DNA of 64,000 bases from Mytilus edulis (Eukaryota), in NCBI RefSeq assembly GCF_963676685.1, contig NC_092355.1, positions 19,530,001-19,594,000 of the forward strand. The letters are read 5' to 3'. Below are positions 14,019-24,444 of the stretch, piece by piece. Numbering within the stretch: the stretch's first letter is position 1; every line of letters begins with the position of its first letter. The notes below the pieces were generated by a model. The model did not search any database. It was not told the origin of the DNA and was given only the letters and a program-made list of their open reading frames with translations. A program made the position numbers and the translations under genes.

Positions 14019-15310
14019 TGTAACATGCCAAAAATTATATTAGAAATTTTTGAGTTACCTCTCTTTGTATATATAGAGTTCAGGTCTTGAAGTTTAATAC
14101 ATTGAATTACATTAGAAATGTTTGAGTTATCTATCTTTGTATAGAGTTGAGCAAATAAGTGAAATTTGGAAATTAAATAAAATTGGAAAAAAGAGAAAAG
14201 ATAATTTTTATATTAGCATTTATATATTTTATCAAATCATATTTATGATACAGTTTGATTATTTTGTCCAGATATTATTTAAAGGTATTTCAAAATATTA
14301 TTTACTTCATTCTAGTAATTAGTGTACAGGTAAAAACTGTTCACTACATTGTATGTTTTTACCATTGATAAATAACTGATCGACAGGTGTAGTTGTGTCT
14401 CAGTTTTGTGAACAAGAATATTTGAAGATTTAAGGTTGGTGTATTTTGTAAATATTTATAATGATTGTGAATATGACTGTTTGATATAAAAGAGTTTTAT
14501 AAAATACAAAAAAAAAAAGAACAAAAATATGATATGTACATGTAAATAACATTCTATATTTTTATCTGAAGTTTTGCAAATGCAAATATGATATTGAAAT
14601 TTTGTTTAATCATTTGAATTTGAAATATAGTTTTATTGAACTAATTGATAGGCATTGTTGAGAAATATTTATACTATGAAAGATGTGTTTTACATTTTAA
14701 ATATAAAAGGTTCTGATAAAGTAAATATTGTTCACAGGTAGATCAATGTGATTTTCATACTAGAGGATGATATTATTGCAGTAAAATTGTCTGCCATTTC
14801 CTTATTTAGGGTATGTATATTGAATTGTTATTATGTGCCCTTGATCGATATTATGATTGTGTATAGTTAATTTTTGATATTTCTAATTGAAACATTATTG
14901 ATTATTCATAAACAAATGTTGTTTACTTTGAAGACTTTCTCTTGTGTTCATATTTTGATTTGAGAAATGTTGTGAATTGTAATATTCAGAAAGGGAGATA
15001 ATCAAGTTTTTAAAGCTTTTATCTAGCTTTGGTTAAATTAATGTTTCTATTGTATTTAATTGATATTTGAAAAAGCAATCTTTATTTCAAGTTAAATTTA
15101 ATTGAATTTATATCTGCATTTCATTAGACTTATGATGTTTTGTGTTTTTCTATTTTTCTACAAATATTGAACTATTCAGCGTTGCCAATAATTAATGTTA
15201 TTTTCGATATATGTATAATGTGAATTCGAATATATGAATACAGTATAATAAATTCATGAACCTTACATTTGTGCTTTCGTAAGCCAGTTTTATCGTTTTC
15301 GGAGGTTACA
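14019..15310 (+). repeat. 5' LTR (1292 bp)
   Basis: Direct repeat of 20949-22239. The only difference I found is one A in the poly-A run near 14508-14518. Confidence 0.95.
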
Positions 15311-15314
15311 AAAA

Positions 15315-15332
15315 TGGCGTCGTCGACAGGAT
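15315..15332 (+). promoter_or_regulatory. Primer-binding site, tRNA-Ser-like
   Basis: TGGCGTCGTCGACAGGAT starts 4 nt after the LTR. It resembles the complement of the metazoan tRNA-Ser 3' end (TGGCGTAGTCGGCAGGAT, recalled from memory) with 2 mismatches. Confidence 0.75.
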
Positions 15333-15415
15333 AACTATTTATATATATAAAAATTGGCAACGTTGGTTAGACAATATTTTCTAGGGTTAAAGTACTACTA
15401 GATATTATAAGCAAG

Positions 15416-16555
15416 ATGGAAACTAAAGAAGAAAAGTTACAGAAAGAAGTAGATGAATTGAGTAAGAAATTATACCATATGCACAAAGAAAAAGGTGAAA
15501 ACTTACAATTAAAGCAACAATTAGAACATAATAACAAAATCATTGAACAATTACAAAAATCAACAAAAACTGTATATGTTGCAAAAGAGAGACCGTTTAC
15601 AAAATTATCCGGTAGATCCGAAAAAGACAAAGATCCGATTATAAGTGATTGGTTGGAAGATGCCCGAGAACATCTCGTTACAATACCAGACGAAAAAGCC
15701 AAAATTGACTTTCTTATACAAAATCTACTATCTCCAGCTAAAGATGAGATAAGACTTAGACCGTTATTAGAAAGAGATTCTGCTGATAAAATTTTGCTTT
15801 TGATTCATCGTATTTATGATGGTGATGATTCAGTTAGTCAATTACAACAGCTATTTTTTCAAAGAAATCAAAAAGAGAATGAAACTTTGCAAGACTATTC
15901 TTTGAATCTGATGAAAATTTTTGACCAAATAAATAAGCGAGATAACACAGTTTTGGGTGACAAAGATAAAGTTCTTAAAGATCGATTTATTGAAGGTATT
16001 AAAGAACCACACTTGAAACGAGAAGTCAAACGATTCAGTTATGAGCACAAAACAATGAAATTTCTTGAGTTTAGACAGGAAGTGTTACTTTGGGTAAATG
16101 AAAATACACAAAGTTGGAAAGTAAAACTACAAATGCAAGATGCCGAAGTTGTTAGCAATCAAGCAATAAAATCAGAACACACATCGAAAGACAACTCCGA
16201 GATATTAAAACTTCTCACAAAACAACAGGAAATGTTAGAAAAGCAACAACAGCAAATTGATAGGTTGTCTAACAGGTCTAATGTTAAAACATATAGTGAT
16301 TCAACAAACAATGATGTATATAATAGCCATAAACCAATTGTTTGTTATAATTGTGGTGGTAAGGGTCATAAACGTCCAGAATGTCCATCAGCTTTTCAAG
16401 TACAAAGAAGTGACGAAGATACACAGACAACACATACTCGAGAACAATTTAGAGGTAGAGGAAGAAGTTATCGTGGTAGATATAACCAAAGAGGTAACAA
16501 ATATCAAGGCCGAGGTGGTGTTGTTCCTAGTGAGTCAGAAGAGGTAAAAGAGTAG
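15416..16555 (+). CDS. gag: Gypsy Gag
   Basis: 379 aa: N-terminal coiled coil, capsid-like region (RNQKENETLQDY, KDRFIEGI), CCHC knuckle CYNCGGKGHKRPEC, RG-rich tail. Confidence 0.93.
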   Translation: METKEEKLQKEVDELSKKLYHMHKEKGENLQLKQQLEHNNKIIEQLQKSTKTVYVAKERPFTKLSGRSEKDKDPIISDWLEDAREHLVTIPDEKAKIDFLIQNLLSPAKDEIRLRPLLERDSADKILLLIHRIYDGDDSVSQLQQLFFQRNQKENETLQDYSLNLMKIFDQINKRDNTVLGDKDKVLKDRFIEGIKEPHLKREVKRFSYEHKTMKFLEFRQEVLLWVNENTQSWKVKLQMQDAEVVSNQAIKSEHTSKDNSEILKLLTKQQEMLEKQQQQIDRLSNRSNVKTYSDSTNNDVYNSHKPIVCYNCGGKGHKRPECPSAFQVQRSDEDTQTTHTREQFRGRGRSYRGRYNQRGNKYQGRGGVVPSESEEVKE

Positions 16556-19500
16556 CTTCTACTGCGGTGAGTCGATCAGTAGAAGATACTACAGTACAGG
16601 TAGACTCCAATTCATTTCAGAGTAACATTTTTAAAAACATTGCTAGTAAAAGTCCAGAGACAGAAATTGTTGTTGAAAATCAATCAGCTATAGCATTTAT
16701 AGATACTGGTTCCCAGGTTTCAACAGTTACCGAAACATATTTTAAAACATTATTACAAAAGAAACCAATACTACATGATATAACAAAATGGATGAAAGTC
16801 ACTGGAGCCAATGATTTACCGATCCCATATTTAGGTTATATTGAACTTAACATTTCAGTAGCGAAAACAATGATTCCGAATGTTGGTTTTCTTGTTGTGA
16901 AAGATACAGATAACATTAGTAAATTGCCATTTTTACTAGGAAGTAATTTTTTTATGAAGATGAAAGAAGCTTTAGAAGTTTATAATGAAACCGAAATAAA
17001 CGCTCTTATTGGGAAGCAATTGTCAGGTATTTTAACTGTATACAATAATTCTTTTGACTGTGAAATACTAGATTCTCCAAAAATATCTTTTGTTAAGATA
17101 GCAGGTAGTAGTCCAGTACATATACCGGGAAATTCAATGAAGACAGTAATGTGTACAACCAGACAAAAAGACAATAATGAAAAGTATTGGGCAGTTGTTC
17201 AGTCATTACAAGGTAACCAAGGCTCTTTACCAAGAAACATTATGGTAGTTGATAGTTATGCTGAGATAAGTCAAGGAACAGTACCGGTACGTATGATTAA
17301 TATAGGATTAGAAGATATATGGATTAATCAGAAAACAAGAGTTGGTACATTACATTCAGCTTCACTGATACACGAGGTGTCACAAGACAATATTGACATT
17401 GATATAGATCAGACTCAAATTAATGTTCAAATAAAGGAAATAGATATTGCTGTTTGTAAGCAAGCTACAACAAATACAGAGAATAAGAAAATACAATTGA
17501 ATGACCTCGACATAGAAAAGGAAAACCTTACCGATGAACAAATAGAAAAAGTTAAAGATTTGTTAAACAAGAACACCGATATATTTTGTAAGAACGATTT
17601 AGATTTAGGATATACAGACATTGTAAAGCATAGAATTCTTACAACAGACGAGAAACCAATTGCGATTCCACATAGACGCATTCCACCTAATCAAATGGAA
17701 GAAGTTAGAACACATATCAAACAATTGTTAAATCAAAACATTATTCGTAAGAGTAGTAGTCCTTATGCTGCGCCCGTAGTAATAGTACGCAAGCATGACA
17801 AGTCTATTAGACTGTGCGTAGATTACAGATTACTGAATAAAAAGACTATACGTGACGCATATCCACTTCCAAGAATCGAGGAGGCGTTAGACACCTTGCA
17901 CGGAACAAAGTTTTATACTACGCTAGACTTATCCCAAGGTTATTATCAGGTAGCGACCGATGAAAGAGATATACATAAGACTGCATTTCGTGTTGGCACG
18001 GGAGGTCTTTATGAGTACCTAAGAATGCCGATGGGACTTTCTAATAGTGCGGCTACATTTCAAAAGATAATGGAAGCATGTTTTAATGACAAAAATTTTG
18101 AAATATTATTGATTTATTTAGATGATATTCTTATCTTTTCAAAGACAGTAGAAGAACAGTTAGAACGCCTGGAGTTTGTGTTTCAACGACTAAGACAGCA
18201 TGGTTTGAAATTAAAATTGTCAAAATGTCATTTCTTCAAGAAGGAGGTAAGATACTTAGGACATGTTATTTCACAAGATGGCATCAAAACAAACCCAGAC
18301 AAAACAAAATCAATACAAGATTGGAAAGTACCTACCACCGAAAAAGAACTCCGTTCATTCCTAGGACTATGTAGTTACTATAGGAAGTTTGTTCCAAAGT
18401 TCAGTAAGATATCTGCTCCGTTACATTCACTCATTACAAAAACAAATGGAAAGAAGGGAAAATCAAAACAATTCAAATTACTAAGTGCAAAAGAATTTCT
18501 AGAAAAATGGGATTCGAAATGTTTAGAGTCGTTTGAAGAGCTAAAACAGAGGTTAGTAAGTTCACCAATTTTAGGCTTTCCTGATTTCAAAAAGCCGTTT
18601 CGTTTAGAAACCGATGCATGTATAGAAGGTTTAGGTGCTGTTCTATCGCAAGAACAAGAACAAGGAACTGTTGTAATAGCGTACGCATCACGCAGCTTAC
18701 ATCCGAATGAAAAGAACATGGAAAACTACAGTTCTATGAAACTTGAAATGTTGGCTCTAAAATGGGCTGTGACCGAAAAATTCAGAGACTATTTGATAGG
18801 AAGTAAATTTATAGTTTATACCGATAACAATCCTTTATGTTACCTGCAAACTGCAAAACTGGGTGCGACTGAAATGAGATGGGTTTCTCAACTTGCACAA
18901 TTTGACTATGAGGTCAAATACAGATCAGGACGATCTAATGTCAATGCAGATGTATTGAGCAGGAATGCATTAGATGTTGAGACAAATATCAGACAAATCG
19001 TACAAAGTTCTTCTTTAAGCAAATTGCGAGAGTGTAAAAACAACGATGTACAACACATACAGATAAATCAAATAAATTTGACTGATCAAATAGAGACAAT
19101 GTCAACATTTCCAGAGTATACTGTAAACGAAATAAAACAATTACAAAGAAGTGATAATGTTCTCTCTGTTGTTTTAAATTTTGTAGAGCAGGGTAAACTG
19201 ACAACACAGATGCTGACGAGACAAACGAAACCAGTGAAGAAGTTACTGAGGAAATTTGATGCATTGGTGATAGACAATGGTATTTTATATAGAAAGATAA
19301 ATGACATAGAATGTGGTGAGTGTAAACAGTTAGTTATACCAGAAACATTGAAACACTATGTTCTTGAAACACTACACAATCTATCAGGACACCAAGGTAC
19401 AGAACGAACATTGGCGCTATTACATAAACGATGTTACTGGTCAGATATGGTAAATGATGTTAAACACTGGATAAAAACATGTGAACGTTGTTTAGTTGCT

Positions 19501-20784
19501 AAAAATCCGTTACCAAAAGTTCGTCCATCAATGGGTTCCTTAATAGCATGTAAACCACTAGATATTTTAGCTATGGATTTTACAGTGTTAGAGAAATCTT
19601 CAGATGGTAGGGAAAACGTTTTAGTACTAACTGATGTGTTTACTAAATTCACACAAGCATTTCCGACGAGAGACCAGAAGGCAACAACTGTCGCTAAAGT
19701 ATTAGTTAAGGACTGGTTTTTGAAACTAGGGATACCAAAACGGTTACACAGTGATCAGGGTAGGAATTTCGAGGGTGTAGTGATACGTGAACTCTGTAGG
19801 ATATACGACATTAAGAAATCACGCACAACACCGTACAAACCAGAAGGAAACGCTCAAACTGAGAGATTCAATAGGACCATGCATGACAGATTAAGAACAT
19901 TAATGCCTGAAAAGAAAGCTAAATGGCCCGAGTATTTGCCAGAACTAACTTTTATGTACAATGCAACACCGCATTCTTCAACTGGATATACTCCATATTT
20001 TCTTATGTTTGGTCATGAGCCGAGACTCCCTATTGACAATCTTTTTCATAATGATATGACAGAAATAGACACCGATTTAGACACTTATTTAGCTAATCAT
20101 CAAAAGCGAATGACTGAAGCTTTGAAGACAGCTAATGAAAACATCCACAAGAAAGCGAGTGAAAGACAAGACATTATGAACAGAGGAACAGATGACAAGT
20201 CTATAGAAATTGGTTCCAACATCTTATTGAAGAAACATGTACAAGGACGAAACAAAATGCAGGACAATTGGCATCCAACACCGTACAGAGTTGTTCACCG
20301 TTTTAAAGACAATGTGTACGGAATTCAGTTAGCCGATGGTAGTGGTCCCGTTAGGAATGTAACAAGAAGAGAAATTTGTGACACAGGAAAAGTAGACATG
20401 ATGCAAAACTCAAGTTCAGATATTACTGAGGACAGTAATTCGAGTTTTGGAGGATGGAATGTGACCATTGTTGACCCGAATCCGTTACCAATTCAAATTG
20501 ACCATCAGGAATCTGGCGAAGATGAACAAGATGTAACTACAGCTAGCGTAGATGATGACAACTCAATAAGGAGATCAAAACGAACAAACGCTGGAAAACA
20601 TTCAAATCCTTTTAACTTGCCAAAGTCTGTCTTGTTAAAAGAAACATCTGTTCATGGAAACATAGAACCAGTGAAATTTGAACAATTGGGCGAAGCAATT
20701 GCTGCATTAGGAACTAGTCTTGGACAGAGTTTAGGACAAACACTTCAAGAAGGATGGTTAAAGCATAATATGTCAAACAATTAG
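16534..20784 (+). CDS. pol: Gypsy Pol (protease, RT, RNase H, integrase), in the -1 frame relative to gag
   Basis: The frame opens after TGA at 16531-16533 and overlaps the end of gag. Motifs: FIDTGS, RLCVDYR, YLDD, ETDAC, HNLSGH..CERC, MDF/HSDQG/QTER. Confidence 0.95.
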   Translation, partial: VRRGKRVASTAVSRSVEDTTVQVDSNSFQSNIFKNIASKSPETEIVVENQSAIAFIDTGSQVSTVTETYFKTLLQKKPILHDITKWMKVTGANDLPIPYLGYIELNISVAKTMIPNVGFLVVKDTDNISKLPFLLGSNFFMKMKEALEVYNETEINALIGKQLSGILTVYNNSFDCEILDSPKISFVKIAGSSPVHIPGNSMKTVMCTTRQKDNNEKYWAVVQSLQGNQGSLPRNIMVVDSYAEISQGTVPVRMINIGLEDIWINQKTRVGTLHSASLIHEVSQDNIDIDIDQTQINVQIKEIDIAVCKQATTNTENKKIQLNDLDIEKENLTDEQIEKVKDLLNKNTDIFCKNDLDLGYTDIVKHRILTTDEKPIAIPHRRIPPNQMEEVRTHIKQLLNQNIIRKSSSPYAAPVVIVRKHDKSIRLCVDYRLLNKKTIRDAYPLPRIEEALDTLHGTKFYTTLDLSQGYYQVATDERDIHKTAFRVGTGGLYEYLRMPMGLSNSAATFQKIMEACFNDKNFEILLIYLDDILIFSKTVEEQLERLEFVFQRLRQHGLKLKLSKCHFFKKEVRYLGHVISQDGIKTNPDKTKSIQDWKVPTTEKELRSFLGLCSYYRKFVPKFSKISAPLHSLITKTNGKKGKSKQFKLLSAKEFLEKWDSKCLESFEELKQRLVSSPILGFPDFKKPFRLETDACIEGLGAVLSQEQEQGTVVIAYASRSLHPNEKNMENYSSMKLEMLALKWAVTEKFRDYLIGSKFIVYTDNNPLCYLQTAKLGATEMRWVSQLAQFDYEVKYRSGRSNVNADVLSRNALDVETNIRQIVQSSSLSKLRECKNNDVQHIQINQINLTDQIETMSTFPEYTVNEIKQLQRSDNVLSVVLNFVEQGKLTTQMLTRQTKPVKKLLRKFDALVIDNGILYRKINDIECGECKQLVIPETLKHYVLETLHNLSGHQGTERTLALLHKRCYWSDMVNDVKHWIKTCERCLVAKNPLPKVRPSMGSLIACKPLDILAMDFTVLEKSSDGRENVLVLTDVFTKFTQAFPTRDQKATTVAKVLVKDWFLKLGIPKRLHSDQGRNFEGVVIRELCRIYDIKKSRTTPYKPEGNAQTERFNRTMHDRLRTLMPEKKAKWPEYLPELTFMYNATPHSSTGYTPYFLMFGHEPRLPIDNLFHNDMTEIDTDLDTYLANHQKRMTEALKTANENIHKKASERQDIMNRGTDDKSIEIGSNILLKKHVQGRNKMQDNWHPTPYRVVHRFKDNVYGIQLADGSGPVRNVTRREICDTGKVDMMQNSSSDITEDSNSSFGGWNVTIVDPNPLPIQIDHQESGEDEQDVTTASVDDDNSIRRSKRTNAGKHSNPFNLPKSVLLKETSVHGNIEPVKFEQLGEAIAALGTSLGQSLGQTLQEGWLKHNMSNN

Positions 20785-20948
20785 ATTTTTGTGGGAAAAT
20801 GTTAATTTTGAGAGAAAGTATATTTTATTTGTATAGTCAAACGATCCGAATATTTTTATGCTAGATCATTATAATAATGATATTGAATATGTAGTTGTGT
20901 ATTTTTATATTGTTTGTTGAGGGCAACAAAAAGAAAACTAGGCAGATT

Positions 20949-22239
20949 TGTAACATGCCAAAAATTATATTAGAAATTTTTGAGTTACCTCTCTTTGTAT
21001 ATATAGAGTTCAGGTCTTGAAGTTTAATACATTGAATTACATTAGAAATGTTTGAGTTATCTATCTTTGTATAGAGTTGAGCAAATAAGTGAAATTTGGA
21101 AATTAAATAAAATTGGAAAAAAGAGAAAAGATAATTTTTATATTAGCATTTATATATTTTATCAAATCATATTTATGATACAGTTTGATTATTTTGTCCA
21201 GATATTATTTAAAGGTATTTCAAAATATTATTTACTTCATTCTAGTAATTAGTGTACAGGTAAAAACTGTTCACTACATTGTATGTTTTTACCATTGATA
21301 AATAACTGATCGACAGGTGTAGTTGTGTCTCAGTTTTGTGAACAAGAATATTTGAAGATTTAAGGTTGGTGTATTTTGTAAATATTTATAATGATTGTGA
21401 ATATGACTGTTTGATATAAAAGAGTTTTATAAAATACAAAAAAAAAAGAACAAAAATATGATATGTACATGTAAATAACATTCTATATTTTTATCTGAAG
21501 TTTTGCAAATGCAAATATGATATTGAAATTTTGTTTAATCATTTGAATTTGAAATATAGTTTTATTGAACTAATTGATAGGCATTGTTGAGAAATATTTA
21601 TACTATGAAAGATGTGTTTTACATTTTAAATATAAAAGGTTCTGATAAAGTAAATATTGTTCACAGGTAGATCAATGTGATTTTCATACTAGAGGATGAT
21701 ATTATTGCAGTAAAATTGTCTGCCATTTCCTTATTTAGGGTATGTATATTGAATTGTTATTATGTGCCCTTGATCGATATTATGATTGTGTATAGTTAAT
21801 TTTTGATATTTCTAATTGAAACATTATTGATTATTCATAAACAAATGTTGTTTACTTTGAAGACTTTCTCTTGTGTTCATATTTTGATTTGAGAAATGTT
21901 GTGAATTGTAATATTCAGAAAGGGAGATAATCAAGTTTTTAAAGCTTTTATCTAGCTTTGGTTAAATTAATGTTTCTATTGTATTTAATTGATATTTGAA
22001 AAAGCAATCTTTATTTCAAGTTAAATTTAATTGAATTTATATCTGCATTTCATTAGACTTATGATGTTTTGTGTTTTTCTATTTTTCTACAAATATTGAA
22101 CTATTCAGCGTTGCCAATAATTAATGTTATTTTCGATATATGTATAATGTGAATTCGAATATATGAATACAGTATAATAAATTCATGAACCTTACATTTG
22201 TGCTTTCGTAAGCCAGTTTTATCGTTTTCGGAGGTTACA
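20949..22239 (+). repeat. 3' LTR (1291 bp)
   Basis: Near-identical to the 5' LTR; preceded by the purine-rich tract gagggcaacaaaaagaaaactagggcag. Confidence 0.95.
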
Positions 22240-23270
22240 TTTTCTTGAATTTTAGTTTGCCTCAACCAAATGTTCTGAAACTTATACACACCGCTTATTT
22301 CCACATTTATAAATTCAGATCAAGTTCATATTTGGTGGCATCACTTTTAATGTTCTTGATTTATACCCTTTACAAATTAAAAAATGACAGATTTTGTTTT
22401 GTTTTAGTTTTCTTATTTTAGTTTCCGTTTGTTTTGACCAAATGCAACGAAAATTACACACAATGCTTATAACCACATAAAATGTACACTTTGTAACACA
22501 GATCAAGTTTTGAATTCTAGAGGAATTACTTATACATTTCAAGAGTTATGCTCCTTTACAAATGAATTAATAAAATTGTTGATATTTTGTTTCCACTCTT
22601 TTCATGTCTCTTGATCATGTTGATAGACAGACTTGCAGACTCATTCATGCCCTATTATAATTATTGAATACATTGTAAACCAAAATCTGACCTATTTTGT
22701 ATACTGTAGTTACTACTTGTATCTGGAATAAGCCTGAACCAGGCAAGGTTTGGTGGTAAATACCTTGTTATTAGCTTTGAACTAGCTATCAGTAACTAAG
22801 AGGTAACTCTCAAATCTGGACTTGAAGAGGTTATTTTTGTTGTGGTGATGTATAAATATCCTGCCTGGTCTATGTTTTTGTTAGCTGTATTTTTGCTTTG
22901 TACAAATCTGATGGCAAATGTGTTAAGCCCTTTTCACACCACTATCCAAGGTTAGGAGGGTGTTTAATTTGGCACCAACAATCTGGTTTGACTCCATCAC
23001 ATCCTGTACAAAAATAGTGTACATGCTGTATGTTTCTGTCCCAAGTCAGAAGCCTGTTATTTAGCAGTTCATGTTGTAGTTTGTTGCTATACTAGTATAT
23101 CATATTTGTTTATTTGTTCCTTGTTTTGTTTAAAAATCATTACCAGTCTGTAAGTTCCTTCATTTGAATTGTTTAACATTTGTCAATTACCATTGTTTAC
23201 ATCATTACATTTAGCGTCTTTTAAAGCTGACTTTGCATTATGCACTTTGCTCATTGTTGAAGTCAACTTG

Positions 23271-23432
23271 TAAAATACAAATGAACATGTAGTCCAAATT
23301 ATTATGACGTCTAGAAAGGCTATTTTTAATTTTCGCATTGAGGCCATTCTGCGACATAGATGTAAATAAAATTAAGTATAATAGCTTTCAAGACTTCATA
23401 ATTATTTGGACTACATTTGTACTTGTATTTTA
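23271..23432. mobile_element. MITE with ~55-bp imperfect terminal inverted repeats
   Basis: Left end taaaatacaaatgaacatgtagtccaaattattatga; right end tcataattatttggactacatttgtacttgtatttta. Confidence 0.65.
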
Positions 23433-23449
23433 ACTTATAATTGTTGGCA

Positions 23450-23700
23450 GGCCTTGGTGGCTGAGTAGTCTATGTAGTTACTACTGTATTAAATCACTAG
23501 CCAGTCAACACTGAGGTTGTGAGTTCAAACCCTGCTAGTACTGGTGCACTTGCCTCCAATCTTAATTGACTAGGATTGTCAGTTTTCCTATTGAAAGTTG
23601 GTGGTTTTTCTCCAGCTTTCTCCACCAATAAAAACTGGCCGCCTTGAAATAGCCTAGATGTGTTGTTTAAAAGTGGCGTTTATACACCAAAAATCAAATA
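23450..23700 (+). mobile_element. tRNA-derived SINE (V-SINE-like)
   Basis: A box tggctgagtag, B box gagttcaaacc, V-like core ggtggtttttctcc..ttctccaccaataaaa, tail aagtggcgtttatacaccaaaaatcaaat. Confidence 0.6.
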
Positions 23701-24444
23701 TAATTGTTGACAACCATGACAAACACATCTTGTTTTTTTTTTTATATTTTCATGTACATTTATATACAGTTTAATTAGACCTTTCAGTTTCATGCACTCA
23801 TAATAATTTGAGCTATAATCAAATGTAATGAATCATGATTTTCTCGATTATGCTGGAATGTGATTCTCGACTTGGAACCACTTGATAACAGTGCTATTGT
23901 AGTCTCAGCTTCATCATAATTAAAATTTGGGTAACAATTACATTTACGGTGCAGTCCGGTGTATCCGCACACCTAAGACTTATGACTTCAATTCATTCGT
24001 CTGATAAAACCAATAATTGGATAAAATTGTGTGAATACATTCATAACATATTTTATTTCACAAAATTATTAGTTTGTAGGGTTTCACTCTCAAGATTTTG
24101 TGTAATGTGTGTCCAAAATTGGGGAAACCCCTGTTCTGAGAGTTCCTCCAATGTCCGGTGATTTCGCGCATGCCTTCCAAAAATAACTTATTTTGAATAG
24201 AGGAAAGATTTGCTGCTACGAAAGGTAGCTAAATTCAAACAAAGCACACTGCCAAGGATGCAGAGCAAAAATTATTTCAATCTGATAAAAATTTAACTTC
24301 AGTAAAACAAATTTTATTTGATGCTGTATTTTTTTTAAGGGACATTGGCCAAATATTGTAGATCACGGGATTGCAGTTATTATTTCAATCTGGAACTTAT
24401 CAATGTTTTTTTTTTATCTCTTGGGAATGCTAAAACAATAACAA

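Larger units (their letters stand above)
14019..22239 (+). mobile_element. Full-length intact Ty3/Gypsy LTR retrotransposon
   Basis: Two ~1.29-kb LTRs with TGTAAC...GTTACA ends; 4-bp TTTT target duplication (14015-14018 and 22240-22243); PBS; purine-rich tract before the 3' LTR; uninterrupted gag and pol in PR-RT-RH-IN order. Confidence 0.97.

Noticed and set aside
14122-14322. Identical 66-aa ORFs at 14122 and 21052 as duplicated genes
   Set aside because: They are chance ORFs inside the two LTRs.
16567-16569. GTG as the pol start codon
   Set aside because: The frame is open from 16534 and overlaps gag; a frameshift explains it better.
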